The notes under the pieces: generated by a model | The model's database searches: none | The model's input: only the letters and a program-made list of their open reading frames with translations | Told to the model about the DNA's origin: nothing | Shown here: one piece after another, positions 29,227 to 38,722 of the stretch | Layout of the letters: each line of letters opens with the position of its first letter | How positions within the stretch are numbered: position 1 is the first letter of the stretch | Translations under genes and position numbers: made by a program | Assembly (NCBI GenBank): GCA_024181965.1 | Contig: BQXS01012504.1 | Coordinates: forward strand, 1-38,722 | Reading direction: 5' to 3' | DNA length: 38,722 nucleotides | Source of the DNA: Aduncisulcus paluster | Taxonomy: Eukaryota

Positions 29227-30603
29227 TTATTTGGAATCGGGAAGAGTGAAGAACTTTCTCTTAAACCTCCTTCTTCCCCTAGATTCAGTATAAGAGGACT
29301 GTTTTTTAGGTTCAGTGGTAGTGGTTGATGAAGCAGGTTTCTCTTGAGTATATTCTTCTTTTTTAGGTTGTCTCGATTTATCATCATATCTCCTGGAACT
29401 CTGTTTCTGTTGGAAGTGACCTTTATGCTCCCTATCTTTTGGTTGTTGCTTGGGACGACGCTTAGGTTCATCGAGAGTCTGATAGAAAGGAACAGGATCA
29501 CCACTTGATTCATGGGGTACATGACTTGACCGAGTCTCAGGTTGGTGTTCTCTGTCAGGATATGAACGGTATGGTTGTGAGTGACGAGGACGGCTGGAAC
29601 GGTGATAATCTCCTTGACCATTGATAATATCGGTTTCTACATGCCCTTCATGGGATCTATTTGGGTATCTTCTGTAATATTTCTGACCACTTCGACCGCG
29701 CCCACGTCCACGTCCACGACCACGACCACGAGGTTTCTGCCCGGTGGAAGAATGAGAAGGTCTGTGAAGTGTGGATATGATCGTCCTTTTCTTACNNNNN
29801 NNNNNNNNNNNNNNNTCAGGATATGAACGGTATGGTTGTGAGTGACGAGGACGGCTGGAACGGTGATAATCTCCTTGACCATTGATAATATCGGTTTCTA
29901 CATGCCCTTCATGGGATCTATTTGGGTATCTTCTGTAATATTTCTGACCACTTCGACCGCGCCCACGTCCACGTCCACGACCACGACCACGAGGTTTCTG
30001 CCCGGTGGAAGAATGAGAAGTTTTCCTAATTTGGGTCGAAGATGGCAATGAATCAAAGAAATCATCACCCTCGAGAGCATCATGCACCTTTTCATCAACC
30101 TTATCCTTGAGTTCAGTGTGAAGAACCTCATCTTCAGCATGAAGAACATCCTCACTCTTGGGAGTTTCTTTGGCTTCTATTTTCATTTCCTCTACTTCAA
30201 CGGGTTTAACTGGCTCTTGTACGACAGGAGGATGTGGAAGGGTTGGAGGCTCAATAACAGGACGTTCTTCCATGCTTGGAATAGTTGGCTCTTTAAGAGG
30301 AACATTGTCCATATGTTGAAGAGGATCAAGAGAAATGGGAGCAGGCATACTAGGGAAAACGGGAGGATTGGATGCCAAAGAATAACGGTCATCTTTTGGA
30401 GGTTCAGTTTGGGTTGATGGGAATGGAGCTGGCATTGTAAAAGAAGGGAAAGGATATTGGGAAAAAGTGGCTGAGGGGAAAGAAGGTTGATAACCCCAGG
30501 AGGGCCAAGGGGTGGGTGCCGCAAATCCAAAACTTTGAGGCGGGCATTCAAAAAAGGATGGTGGCTGTTGCTCAGAACTTTCCTTCTTATCACTATTGTC
30601 CAT
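29227..30603 (-). CDS. Low-complexity Pro/Phe-rich, RG-repeat protein (~371 aa de-duplicated), possibly RNA-granule related
   Basis: ATG at 30603 (duplicate at 30908). Pro/Phe-rich N-terminus, acidic middle, DDFFDSL motif, (RG)5 tract, basic tail. Confidence 0.7.
   Translation of the reverse strand: MDNSDKKESSEQQPPSFFECPPQSFGFAAPTPWPSWGYQPSFPSATFSQYPFPSFTMPAPFPSTQTEPPKDDRYSLASNPPVFPSMPAPISLDPLQHMDNVPLKEPTIPSMEERPVIEPPTLPHPPVVQEPVKPVEVEEMKIEAKETPKSEDVLHAEDEVLHTELKDKVDEKVHDALEGDDFFDSLPSSTQIRKTSHSSTGQKPRGRGRGRGRGRGRSGQKYYRRYPNRSHEGHVETDIINGQGDYHRSSRPRHSQPYRSYPXXXXXXXXKKRTIISTLHRPSHSSTGQKPRGRGRGRGRGRGRSGQKYYRRYPNRSHEGHVETDIINGQGDYHRSSRPRHSQPYRSYPDREHQPETRSSHVPHESSGDPVPFYQTLDEPKRRPKQQPKDREHKGHFQQKQSSRRYDDKSRQPKKEEYTQEKPASSTTTTEPKKQSSYTESRGRRRFKRKFFTLPDSK
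29555..30020. repeat. Gap-flanking duplication (29555-29759 = 29816-30020, offset 261)
   Basis: Copies either side of the N run 29796-29815. Confidence 0.85.
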
Positions 30604-30947
30604 GTGAAAGTGGCAAAAGAATACGAGAATGTGTTTCACCTCANNNNNNNNNNNNNNNNNNNNACGGGAGGATTGGATGCCAAAGAATAACGGTCATCTT
30701 TTGGAGGTTCAGTTTGGGTTGATGGGAATGGAGCTGGCATTGTAAAAGAAGGGAAAGGATATTGGGAAAAAGTGGCTGAGGGGAAAGAAGGTTGATAACC
30801 CCAGGAGGGCCAAGGGGTGGGTGCCGCAAATCCAAAACTTTGAGGCGGGCATTCAAAAAAGGATGGTGGCTGTTGCTCAGAACTTTCCTTCTTATCACTA
30901 TTGTCCATGTGAAAGTGGCAAAAGAATACGAGAATGTGTTTCACCTC
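30359..30947. repeat. Gap-flanking duplication (30359-30642 = 30664-30947, offset 305)
   Basis: Copies either side of the N run 30644-30663. Confidence 0.85.
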
Positions 30948-31252
30948 CAGAAATGATTTTTCAGGATGAAAAACTCAATCATGCATTGCCAATTATCTTT
31001 AATAACTTTACATTATTATTTTTTATTAAGTATAATGTTATATCCTTTCAATATAGGGAAAATCCTGAATCTATCGAAATAAGCCATCAAACAACATAAA
31101 TAATAGAAAAAAATATATATCTTTGATAGATAATATACATTATCTTCACTTTTTGTGTCAAAAATCAGCATTTCAGTTTACTGAAAGGAATCGACAGTGT
31201 TATCCATTTTGTGCAACAAAAAAGATTATATAAATTCCTTATTTCATTAAAT

Positions 31253-32535
31253 ATGAATGTTACAGGAAGAATTTCATTGGCAAGACGAGAGGCTGATATA
31301 TTAATCGAAAAGATTCGAAGAAATCGAGCCAAAGCCAAAGATTCATCATGTATGTATTTTATGTAACTCAAAAAGATATTAATTATTATTTTTATCTCAT
31401 TTTTATGATTATTTTCTGCTATTTAGTACGTAAAGAGAGTGAAAAGGCTAGTTTAGCTCCATTGTCCATTCACCCACGTCGTCAAAATCTATTGAAATAT
31501 AGTGGACCAGTTTATTCATTACAATGGGCTCGAGACGGGTGTCATATTGTTACTGCTGCCTCCCATTCCAATTCTTTCGAGCTTAGGGTTGTAAATGCCC
31601 TTACAACAAATAGGGTTGCTTCATTTAGCCTTGATTCAGATATTTATACATGTTCTTATTCGCCATCGGGTGCGTATGTTGGATGTGGGGGTATTGACAA
31701 CAATATTAGTGTGTTTTCTTTATCCTCTGCAGATTCCTCATCTTCTTCATCAACATCCTCTACCCCTGCCTGTATTTTGTCCGGCCATACCGGTTACATA
31801 ACAAGTGTGCGTTTTTTGGATGATCAACATGTCATTAGTGCCAGTGCCGATCAAACCGCTCTTCTCTGGCATGTTGATTCGAGACAGCTCATTCAAGAGT
31901 TTCACGCTCATTCAGGAATCGTTTCATGCATTGATATTGCCCCAGATTTGAGTACATTTGTCAGTGGAGGGTACGATGGAACCAGTAGGATATGGGATAT
32001 GCGCCGTGGTCGTGCTGTCCAAGTATTCAGGTGTAGCGAGGGAAGAGAGGTTCGTAGTGTGAGATTCTTTCCGTCTGGAATGTGTTTTGCGGTTGGGTGT
32101 GACGATGGAACGTGTAGATTATTCGATATTAGAGCAGACAGACAACTATGTGTTTATGGTGCCAAAGATGAGGATTCTGAGGGTAAACCAGCTCCAAGAG
32201 ACAGCGTCTCCACATCCCTTTCCCCCAGAGTGGCTTCCAGTGTTGCTCCTCCTTCCATTTCTTCACCTTCTATCTCGATGACAAGTCGAGGAATGCCCCC
32301 GTCTCTATCTTCCAAAACTTTCTCACCGGCCGTCAATTCGCTTGCATTCTCTCGTCGTGGCCGTATGTTGGTTGCATGCCAGAGTTCTGCAGTCACCTGT
32401 TATGACACTTTATTTGGCAATGAGATATGTAAATTGGAAGGACATGGAGGACTTCATACTTGTGTCGATATTGCCAAGGACGGATTGGCCATCGCCGTTG
32501 GAAGTAAGGATGAGACAGTTAGTCTATGGTGTTAA
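31253..32535 (+). CDS. Heterotrimeric G-protein beta subunit-like WD40 protein, 401 aa; exons 31253-31349 and 31427-32535
   Basis: Spliced N-terminal helix MNVTGRISLARREADILIEKIRRNRAKAKDSSL matches the G-beta coiled coil. Body motifs TTNRV, TCSYSPSGAYVGCGGIDN, GHTGY...RFLDD, GCDDGTCRLFDIRADRQL are G-beta-specific. Confidence 0.9.
31350..31426 (+). other. Spliceosomal GT-AG intron, 77 nt
   Basis: GTATGT donor, TTTAG acceptor, phase 1; removal yields the G-beta N-terminus in frame. Confidence 0.9.
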
Positions 32536-33071
32536 ATATGATTATTAATGTTTCTCATATTCTATATTTATATCCATTCTTTCGATGTTTCTTCACTCTC
32601 AAGCCATTATTTACAGACTTATGTTTTAATTTTCCTTTCCACAAGATACAGTCTGACTATTCCATTGTTAAATTTTTAAAGCAATAGATTTCTCCCCCTT
32701 TCATTTATAAATTGAACTCTATTTTTAGAATTCAAATGTTCAAGAAAATCTGTTTTTTTTTTTTATTCTGACATGTCAGTTAATCTGATACATAAAAATG
32801 AACCCTTTTGTGATTATTATAATATTTTTTAAAAATTTCTCCCCCAATACACACTTTGTACAAATTATATTATCGTTGTCACAAAAGTTCCACAAACAGA
32901 TTATTCTAAATCTAAATAAAATAGTTAAAAAACAAATAAAATACCATTTTTCTTTGAAGCACAATACTGTTAAGTTTATAATAATTTGAGAATGTCCTCC
33001 AAAAATGAGTCGAAATATGGATGGATTTGGATGAGAATTCAAATAGAGGGTGTGACAAAATCTGAATAAAA

Positions 33072-34508
33072 TCACTTAATTTTGAGGATTCTAACCTCTC
33101 TTTCTAATTGTTCCACCTTTTTTTCAGCTCTGATTCTCTTTTCCCTTTCCTTATCAAGTTGTGCTTTGGTAACAACAAGTTGTTCTCGTAAAGAGGAGAT
33201 AGAATCACAAGATCCAGAATCTTCATCACTTTCCTTACTCCCTCTTCTTTTCTCACGAACATCGTGGCGTGAAGGATCGGCCTTATCGTCAAAGACTGGC
33301 AACGATGGTTCTTCCTTGGCTACTTTCTTTCCAGCATGCATTTGCTTAGCCCATTCAAGATGACGTTGAAAACATACAACAATTCCACAAGTAGAAACAT
33401 CTTTGCACTCACCTTCACGGCATGCTCCGATACATCTCCCATGTTCCATTCGTTCCATTCCTTCTTCTCCTCCTTCCATTTCATCTCCCTCACAATATAA
33501 TTGGTGAATTGCCAAATGAATCTTGTGCTGAAGTTTGGGTTGAACACCTCTTCTCAATATATCTCCCATGGTAACAAATCCCTTTTCCATCACCTCGAGA
33601 GATCCACGACAAGCCACACCTTCACGTTCCAGAGCAGTAAGAAGGACTTCTCTAACTTCAGTCAAAGGAGGTCTGTCACTTGCAACTTTGCTCAGCATTC
33701 TTCTAACTATATTGGATAAATATGAGGGATAGCATTCGGGAAGAGGTTTAGGAGTATCATTAATTACCTTATTATAAAGAGCGAGGTGGTTTGATGCAAT
33801 AAATGGAGGTCGAAAGGCCATCATTTCATACAAAATACATCCGATTGACCATACATCGGCTTTGTCATCATAACCATCTCCAGAACAAACTTCAGGAGCC
33901 TGATAAAGGGGAGTTCCACAAACGGTATGAGCTACCAATGTTTTATCACTCATAACACGACTCAATCCAAGATCACCAATTTTTGCATCACCATTTCGTG
34001 TTAAAAATATATTTTGTGGTTTCAAATCTCGATGAAGAACTCTCATCATATGCATCCGATTTACCCCGGAAACAATCTGAAAAGTCCACAGCAAGACACG
34101 AGCAATTGAAAGATGACTCTTTTGTTTCCCACGTTCTTTAATGAATCCCTCAAGATCTCCACCTTCCATCAGTTCCATAACCAAACAAACATGACCATTT
34201 TCAACAAAAGAGGCAAATTGATGGACAGCTTGTGGAGCTCGAAAAGACAACATTACACGAACTTCATTCAATGCTTGCTGTACAACTTTATCGGTTTTAC
34301 CTCTCAAATCAATCATCTTAAGAGCGACTTGCATCCCATCTCTTCTCCTTCGCGCTCGAAACACTTTTCCAAATGCTCCTCGACCGATCAAAACACGTTT
34401 ATCATAAGCAATTAGCTTCTCGTCTGCTTCTATTCGGGGAGATGGTGGAGGTTTTAAAAGTTTGTTTGGATGTTCCCTCTTCCCAGTTTTTAAGTGTAAG
34501 ACAGGCAT
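33072..34508 (-). CDS. NIMA-related (NEK) Ser/Thr kinase, 478 aa
   Basis: GRGAFG, VALK, HRDLKPQNIFL, KIGDLGLSR, CGTPLYQAPE, KADVWSIGC; C-terminal coiled coil. Catalytic motifs intact. Confidence 0.92.
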   Translation of the reverse strand: MPVLHLKTGKREHPNKLLKPPPSPRIEADEKLIAYDKRVLIGRGAFGKVFRARRRRDGMQVALKMIDLRGKTDKVVQQALNEVRVMLSFRAPQAVHQFASFVENGHVCLVMELMEGGDLEGFIKERGKQKSHLSIARVLLWTFQIVSGVNRMHMMRVLHRDLKPQNIFLTRNGDAKIGDLGLSRVMSDKTLVAHTVCGTPLYQAPEVCSGDGYDDKADVWSIGCILYEMMAFRPPFIASNHLALYNKVINDTPKPLPECYPSYLSNIVRRMLSKVASDRPPLTEVREVLLTALEREGVACRGSLEVMEKGFVTMGDILRRGVQPKLQHKIHLAIHQLYCEGDEMEGGEEGMERMEHGRCIGACREGECKDVSTCGIVVCFQRHLEWAKQMHAGKKVAKEEPSLPVFDDKADPSRHDVREKRRGSKESDEDSGSCDSISSLREQLVVTKAQLDKEREKRIRAEKKVEQLEREVRILKIK

Positions 34509-34814
34509 ATTAATTCAAATTATGATTGAAATGAATTCCACAAGTGTATGTGTTTCGAAGAAAAATATAAAAATATGAGTTTGTCATTTTTTACGTCTTA
34601 CAAAAATCTGGATCTGAAAATCAAAAAACTCGAAAAATTTTCTGGCACAGTTCGACGTATTTACCAAGGCTATGGAGCTAAATATGTTATTTATATGAAT
34701 ATTGAAGTTTGTTTTTAGTCCAAATAAAGATAGATTCTTTGAAAAATGCTGAAAATTATGTAACTTACATAATCTTGAAGATTTAAAAAATACAATTTTT
34801 ATTCAATATATTTA

Positions 34815-35510
34815 TTAAATACACCAAATTGATCCACAAGCAAAATATGTAATCAACAGAGAAAGAATTATTGCCAAAATGATAGAGCCACCAATGATAT
34901 AACACAAATTTTTCCACTTCTCTTTCTGTTTCAACTTCCTTGAAGCACCACCAAATCTTCTCGATGAAGTAGCAAGCTCCGATGAATGATTAATCAAAAG
35001 CTTAATCTTGTCACCTCTTGCAACAGCCTTATTCAAATTATCTTGCATAATAACCTGGACTTCAGAAACTTCTTTTTCAAGAATATCAACCTTTGTTTTC
35101 TCAGACGATGTTTTTTCCATATTTTTCTTCACAGTTCCTTGAAATCCAGTATTAAATTCATAAGCGCTTGCAGTCTTGATTTTGGCAAGTCCAAACATCG
35201 TTTCAAATTGAGATTGAATACTCTCCAAATAGGCCAGACAAGCTGAACGCTTAACTTCGACTGAAGCCATCGTTAAGTAGCATATTTCGTGGATTACATA
35301 CACATGAATTTCTATATCATCCTTTGGGAAAGATTCCTTATACCCACGTGGACTAGATAACGCCTTTTTCAAATCAATTTTTTCTTTCATAATATGGAGA
35401 GCAATTGCCTTGTGATTTCCTGGAGAAGTGGAGCATTCCACCAGTGGGATATATTGACGTTTCAACTCGGTTGGAGTGCGAGAAATTAATGAATAAAAGA
35501 TTCCACTCAT
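34815..35510 (-). CDS. VAMP7: VAMP7-like longin R-SNARE
   Basis: Likely start MSGIFYSLISR at 35510. Longin domain, R-SNARE motif (VQVIMQDNLNKAVARGDKIKLL), C-terminal TM anchor. Confidence 0.88.
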   Translation of the reverse strand: MSGIFYSLISRTPTELKRQYIPLVECSTSPGNHKAIALHIMKEKIDLKKALSSPRGYKESFPKDDIEIHVYVIHEICYLTMASVEVKRSACLAYLESIQSQFETMFGLAKIKTASAYEFNTGFQGTVKKNMEKTSSEKTKVDILEKEVSEVQVIMQDNLNKAVARGDKIKLLINHSSELATSSRRFGGASRKLKQKEKWKNLCYIIGGSIILAIILSLLITYFACGSIWCI

Positions 35511-35757
35511 AAAATATAAATATGAAAACAAATATAAATTACTAGATCGGAGAAACTCATGGAGAAAAGGATAAATTGGAGACACATTTATTATGGCATT
35601 TTTAAAAAAGAAATAATAAAACATTTATCGATTTAAAACTAGTTTACTTTATATTTTCCGACTAAATGTTAGCACCAGCACAAGAAAGAAAAAATGATGC
35701 TTATCCGAGGTATTCCACAGAAAACAAATACAATTCATTATTATAATAGATATATAA

Positions 35758-38028
35758 TTAAGGTTTTTCTCTTTTCATGATATTGAGGGTCTTATTGTGG
35801 AATCCTTTCACTGTACCAACACCTCCAGTAGAACCGGATAAATTTGAAGTTGTGTAAGTTTCTGCGTACCACCGATCAAATTCACTGACAAGTTTCATTT
35901 TGTGCTGATCAATAAACTTAGATAATGAGATGGCCTGAGATTTCTCCCTCTTAAATCCATCAAGAGACAAATAATACTTCTTTTTCAATTCCTCGAGCAT
36001 TTTGACCATCTCTTCAATCTGTTCTGGAGAAGCAGCATCACCACTCTCTTCACGACGACGCTCCAATGCTTCCATTTCTGCTTGAACCGTCTCAATATCT
36101 TTCTTCACTCGATTGACTTCTTCAGCCATCTTAATCACGTTTGCCTTAGTTTTCTTCAGCTCAGACTTGGAATAACTCAACGAAGAAGAAAGAGAAGGAT
36201 TATCGGCCAAAAACGTGGAAAATGCCGTTGACTTGGGCGGGGCACCGGGGAGTAACACACTCAAAGAAGTCGGTCCAGAAGCGAAAGAAACTGTCCGGCC
36301 CGCCGGTTTTCCGCCTGCTCCATATTCACTGGAACGTTCCATTTGTCTGTGGATCACAGGACTTTGGGGTGCGACATGGGCAGAGGATAAGAACCCAGTG
36401 CTTGTGGATGAGACACTGGTTGAGGTAGCCACTCGATGCTCGGATTGCTCGGTGCTTGAGATCTTTGGCACCATAGGAGAACGAGGAGCACGACGAACAC
36501 GCCTTCTCGTTGAATCATCGGCAACAATACCCACTGTGAAACCATCTCCAACCTCTTCACCGACTCCTGAACGTTCACTCTGCAATTGACCCACAATCTT
36601 CATGCCAGCACCAGTACTTTCGACACGTTTTCTGTCGTCTTGAGGACTTGAGCCCTTGTGACCAACTTTGACCATTTCTTTCATCAGAGACATCATTTCT
36701 CGCACTCGTTTTACGCTGCGGACAGGCAAATAGTCAATCTCATCGTTAATAAACTGAATGACAAGCCCATTAAGCTCTTTTTTATCCTCTTCTGTTAACT
36801 CATCAGAAGCGGAACGTTGTTTCTTGTCGGCATCTTCATCTGCCCCACTTGTGACACCTTGAGGGGTGCCATCAAGACGCATATCATCCCGGAGATCGAG
36901 CTCCATTTTGAGTTCTTCAATTTGTTTCTCAAGACGCTTAATATAGAGCACAGGATCATGAGTAACATTGACCTTAACAACATTACTAATGGTCATCACT
37001 CTCTCAGCGAATCTAAGGGTGCTGAGTGTCTCGTGTAAATGAGGGGCAATGCAAGAAATATTGGCAACCATGGTTGTTTTCGAATTTCCTCCAAGGGAAT
37101 CCTGCAAGAAATGCGTCAGTTTGCTCTGCCTATAGGGAATATGAGTACGTTTGGCATCACTAAGAGCAACGACAACTTGCTCAAGGAAAGAAAGTGACTT
37201 ATTGATGTAGTTTGCCTCTTTTAAGATAACTCCTTCACTTCCAGTCTTACTAACACGCTCAGACCCGGCCAGATCAACGAGATTCAACTTGGACACGATT
37301 ACATCGCCTCTGTCACCAACACTTTGCCGTTGAGAAATATGAATTGTAAAAATACAATGAGAACGCGTACTGTTTTTGTTCAAACGGTGAGCTGCAATGA
37401 CACGATTGGTTTCTCCCTGGAAGAGACAATCGAGGGCATCATGTTCCGTCTGACAAAGCGGCATTGAAAGATTCTTTACAGATGTGGCCGATCCTGAATC
37501 CGAAGAAGATGGATCTCCACTTTCATGAATAGTCAAACCTTTAGATTCAGGACGAATCAAATCGTACAATTTTTCATTATAAATCTCTAAGAATGATACA
37601 CGGATAGTTGTTATTGTGCTTGGATTTGAAGCAATTTTTTGAAAAATATTTTGAATTACTCTTGGTATTAAACCTCTCCTTCCAAAGGATAAAGACGGAC
37701 TTCCTGACATCGTGTAGGTTTTACCAGCACCCGTCATTCCATATGCAAAAATAGTTCCATTTATACCTTCTAATGCTGCATCAACAAGATCCGCCGCACA
37801 TGTGGAATAAACCTGTTCTTGAGAAGCCGACATGTCTAAGACATCATCTAACACAAAAGAAAATTGTTTCTTCTGATGATCTACTGTTTTTGGAGGCCTG
37901 GATCCATCTCCAGATTTTGAAAAATCAATATCAATTGTCTTTCCATCGCCAAGAACACGAAGCTGGGGAGCTAAATTTACAGTGGGACGGAGCCTACCAA
38001 CAACTCTAACCTTTGAAACTCCAGCCAT
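35758..38028 (-). CDS. KIF9: Kinesin-9 family motor (KIF9/KLP1-like)
   Basis: ATG at 38028. P-loop GMTGAGKT, NKNSTRSH, LVDLAGSER, HIPYRQSKLTH; GETNRVIAAH and INKSLSFLEQVV are typical of kinesin-9. Coiled-coil tail with FDRWY. Confidence 0.88.
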   Translation of the reverse strand: MAGVSKVRVVGRLRPTVNLAPQLRVLGDGKTIDIDFSKSGDGSRPPKTVDHQKKQFSFVLDDVLDMSASQEQVYSTCAADLVDAALEGINGTIFAYGMTGAGKTYTMSGSPSLSFGRRGLIPRVIQNIFQKIASNPSTITTIRVSFLEIYNEKLYDLIRPESKGLTIHESGDPSSSDSGSATSVKNLSMPLCQTEHDALDCLFQGETNRVIAAHRLNKNSTRSHCIFTIHISQRQSVGDRGDVIVSKLNLVDLAGSERVSKTGSEGVILKEANYINKSLSFLEQVVVALSDAKRTHIPYRQSKLTHFLQDSLGGNSKTTMVANISCIAPHLHETLSTLRFAERVMTISNVVKVNVTHDPVLYIKRLEKQIEELKMELDLRDDMRLDGTPQGVTSGADEDADKKQRSASDELTEEDKKELNGLVIQFINDEIDYLPVRSVKRVREMMSLMKEMVKVGHKGSSPQDDRKRVESTGAGMKIVGQLQSERSGVGEEVGDGFTVGIVADDSTRRRVRRAPRSPMVPKISSTEQSEHRVATSTSVSSTSTGFLSSAHVAPQSPVIHRQMERSSEYGAGGKPAGRTVSFASGPTSLSVLLPGAPPKSTAFSTFLADNPSLSSSLSYSKSELKKTKANVIKMAEEVNRVKKDIETVQAEMEALERRREESGDAASPEQIEEMVKMLEELKKKYYLSLDGFKREKSQAISLSKFIDQHKMKLVSEFDRWYAETYTTSNLSGSTGGVGTVKGFHNKTLNIMKREKP

Positions 38029-38503
38029 ATAAAGCAAATATAGTAATTAATTAATTAAATTGAAAAATATGGTTCAAAAATACTTAGATTTTCGTCTTTT
38101 TCGCTATGCATATTCAAATACTTCAGAAAAAAACTATTTTCACATGTTTTCTTAAAGTTTATCATGTAAAAACTTTTTTAATATTGATGAAATTATCATA
38201 TTACTAAAATCCAAGATGGGAAACTCGGGAAAGAAATTCCCGTATTCTGGAGTAATGATACAATATCTGCAAAGCATTTCGAAGAAATAAACTCAATGAT
38301 ACTTTATTCTATTACAAAATGTCGAATTTTCCTCTGAATTCTGTGCCAATTTCTGTAGCGAAGAAGGATAATATAGCAAAGAAAAAAAATATATGTCCTA
38401 TCAATAATCCATATTATTACATAAAAAATGCGATTGAAGATCCGTAACACTGGACTTTCTGAACAGTTCAAAATCATCATGAATTTTTTTTACATGTTCT
38501 AAG

Positions 38504-38722
38504 ATGAAAGGAAAGATTAACATTGAAGATTACATTCGTCCAGTTGCTGACTTCCCAAAAAAAGGTATCCTGTTTCGTGATATATGTCCTTTATTGGCAT
38601 ACCCTCCTGCCTTCAATGAAGCCTTGAACCAAATGGAGCGGTATGTGTCAAAAGTGGATTATGTTGTTGGAATGGAGAGCCGTGGATTCATTTTTGCTGC
38701 TCCTCTTGCTGATCGTATTTGG
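38504..38722 (+). CDS. APRT: Adenine phosphoribosyltransferase (5' part, runs off the window)
   Basis: Hand translation: MKGKINIEDYIRPVADFPKKGILFRDICPLL...VDYVVGMESRGFIFAAPLA, with the canonical APRT motifs DFPxxGIxFxDI and G(L/M)ESRGF. Not in the ORF track. Confidence 0.93.
   Translation, partial: MKGKINIEDYIRPVADFPKKGILFRDICPLLAYPPAFNEALNQMERYVSKVDYVVGMESRGFIFAAPLADRIW

Noticed and set aside
38190-38340. Short open frames upstream of APRT
   Set aside because: Under 50 codons, no usable start or splice connection to APRT, no recognisable similarity.
1-38722. Alternative genetic code (TAA/TAG = Gln, as in hexamitid diplomonads)
   Set aside because: Conserved proteins (G-beta, VAMP7, ABCG, AMPK-beta, SYP7-like) end at TAA, TAG or TGA at expected positions and have no internal stops.

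Overview
AT-rich, gene-dense eukaryotic (protist) DNA in the standard genetic code, with few introns, from a draft assembly with five 20-N gaps. The gene content points to a flagellated metamonad. The lineage-specific 'PIPRDD' and ARM-like families resemble what I recall of Aduncisulcus paluster (Carpediemonas-like Fornicata); this is unverified. There are about 20 protein genes: two PIPRDD-domain paralogs, a multi-PH-like protein, a stand-alone TBL1-type LisH protein, a MORN-repeat protein, a SYP7-like Qc-SNARE, AMPK beta, an ARM-like protein, an ABCG transporter, a Pro/RG-rich protein, a divergent G-protein beta, a NEK kinase, a VAMP7-like R-SNARE, kinesin-9, a partial APRT and several hypotheticals. 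The window also holds one tRNA-Gly(CCC) and three GT-AG introns (67-77 nt) missed by the ORF track. Several near-identical local duplications look like assembly artefacts, because removing them restores clean single reading frames. Best leads: an unidentified ~265-nt structured RNA candidate (14930-15195), an 803-aa protein with a possible mitochondrial beta-barrel signature, a G-beta lacking most G-alpha contact residues, a tRNA-Gly with A1:U72, and a WD40-less TBL1.
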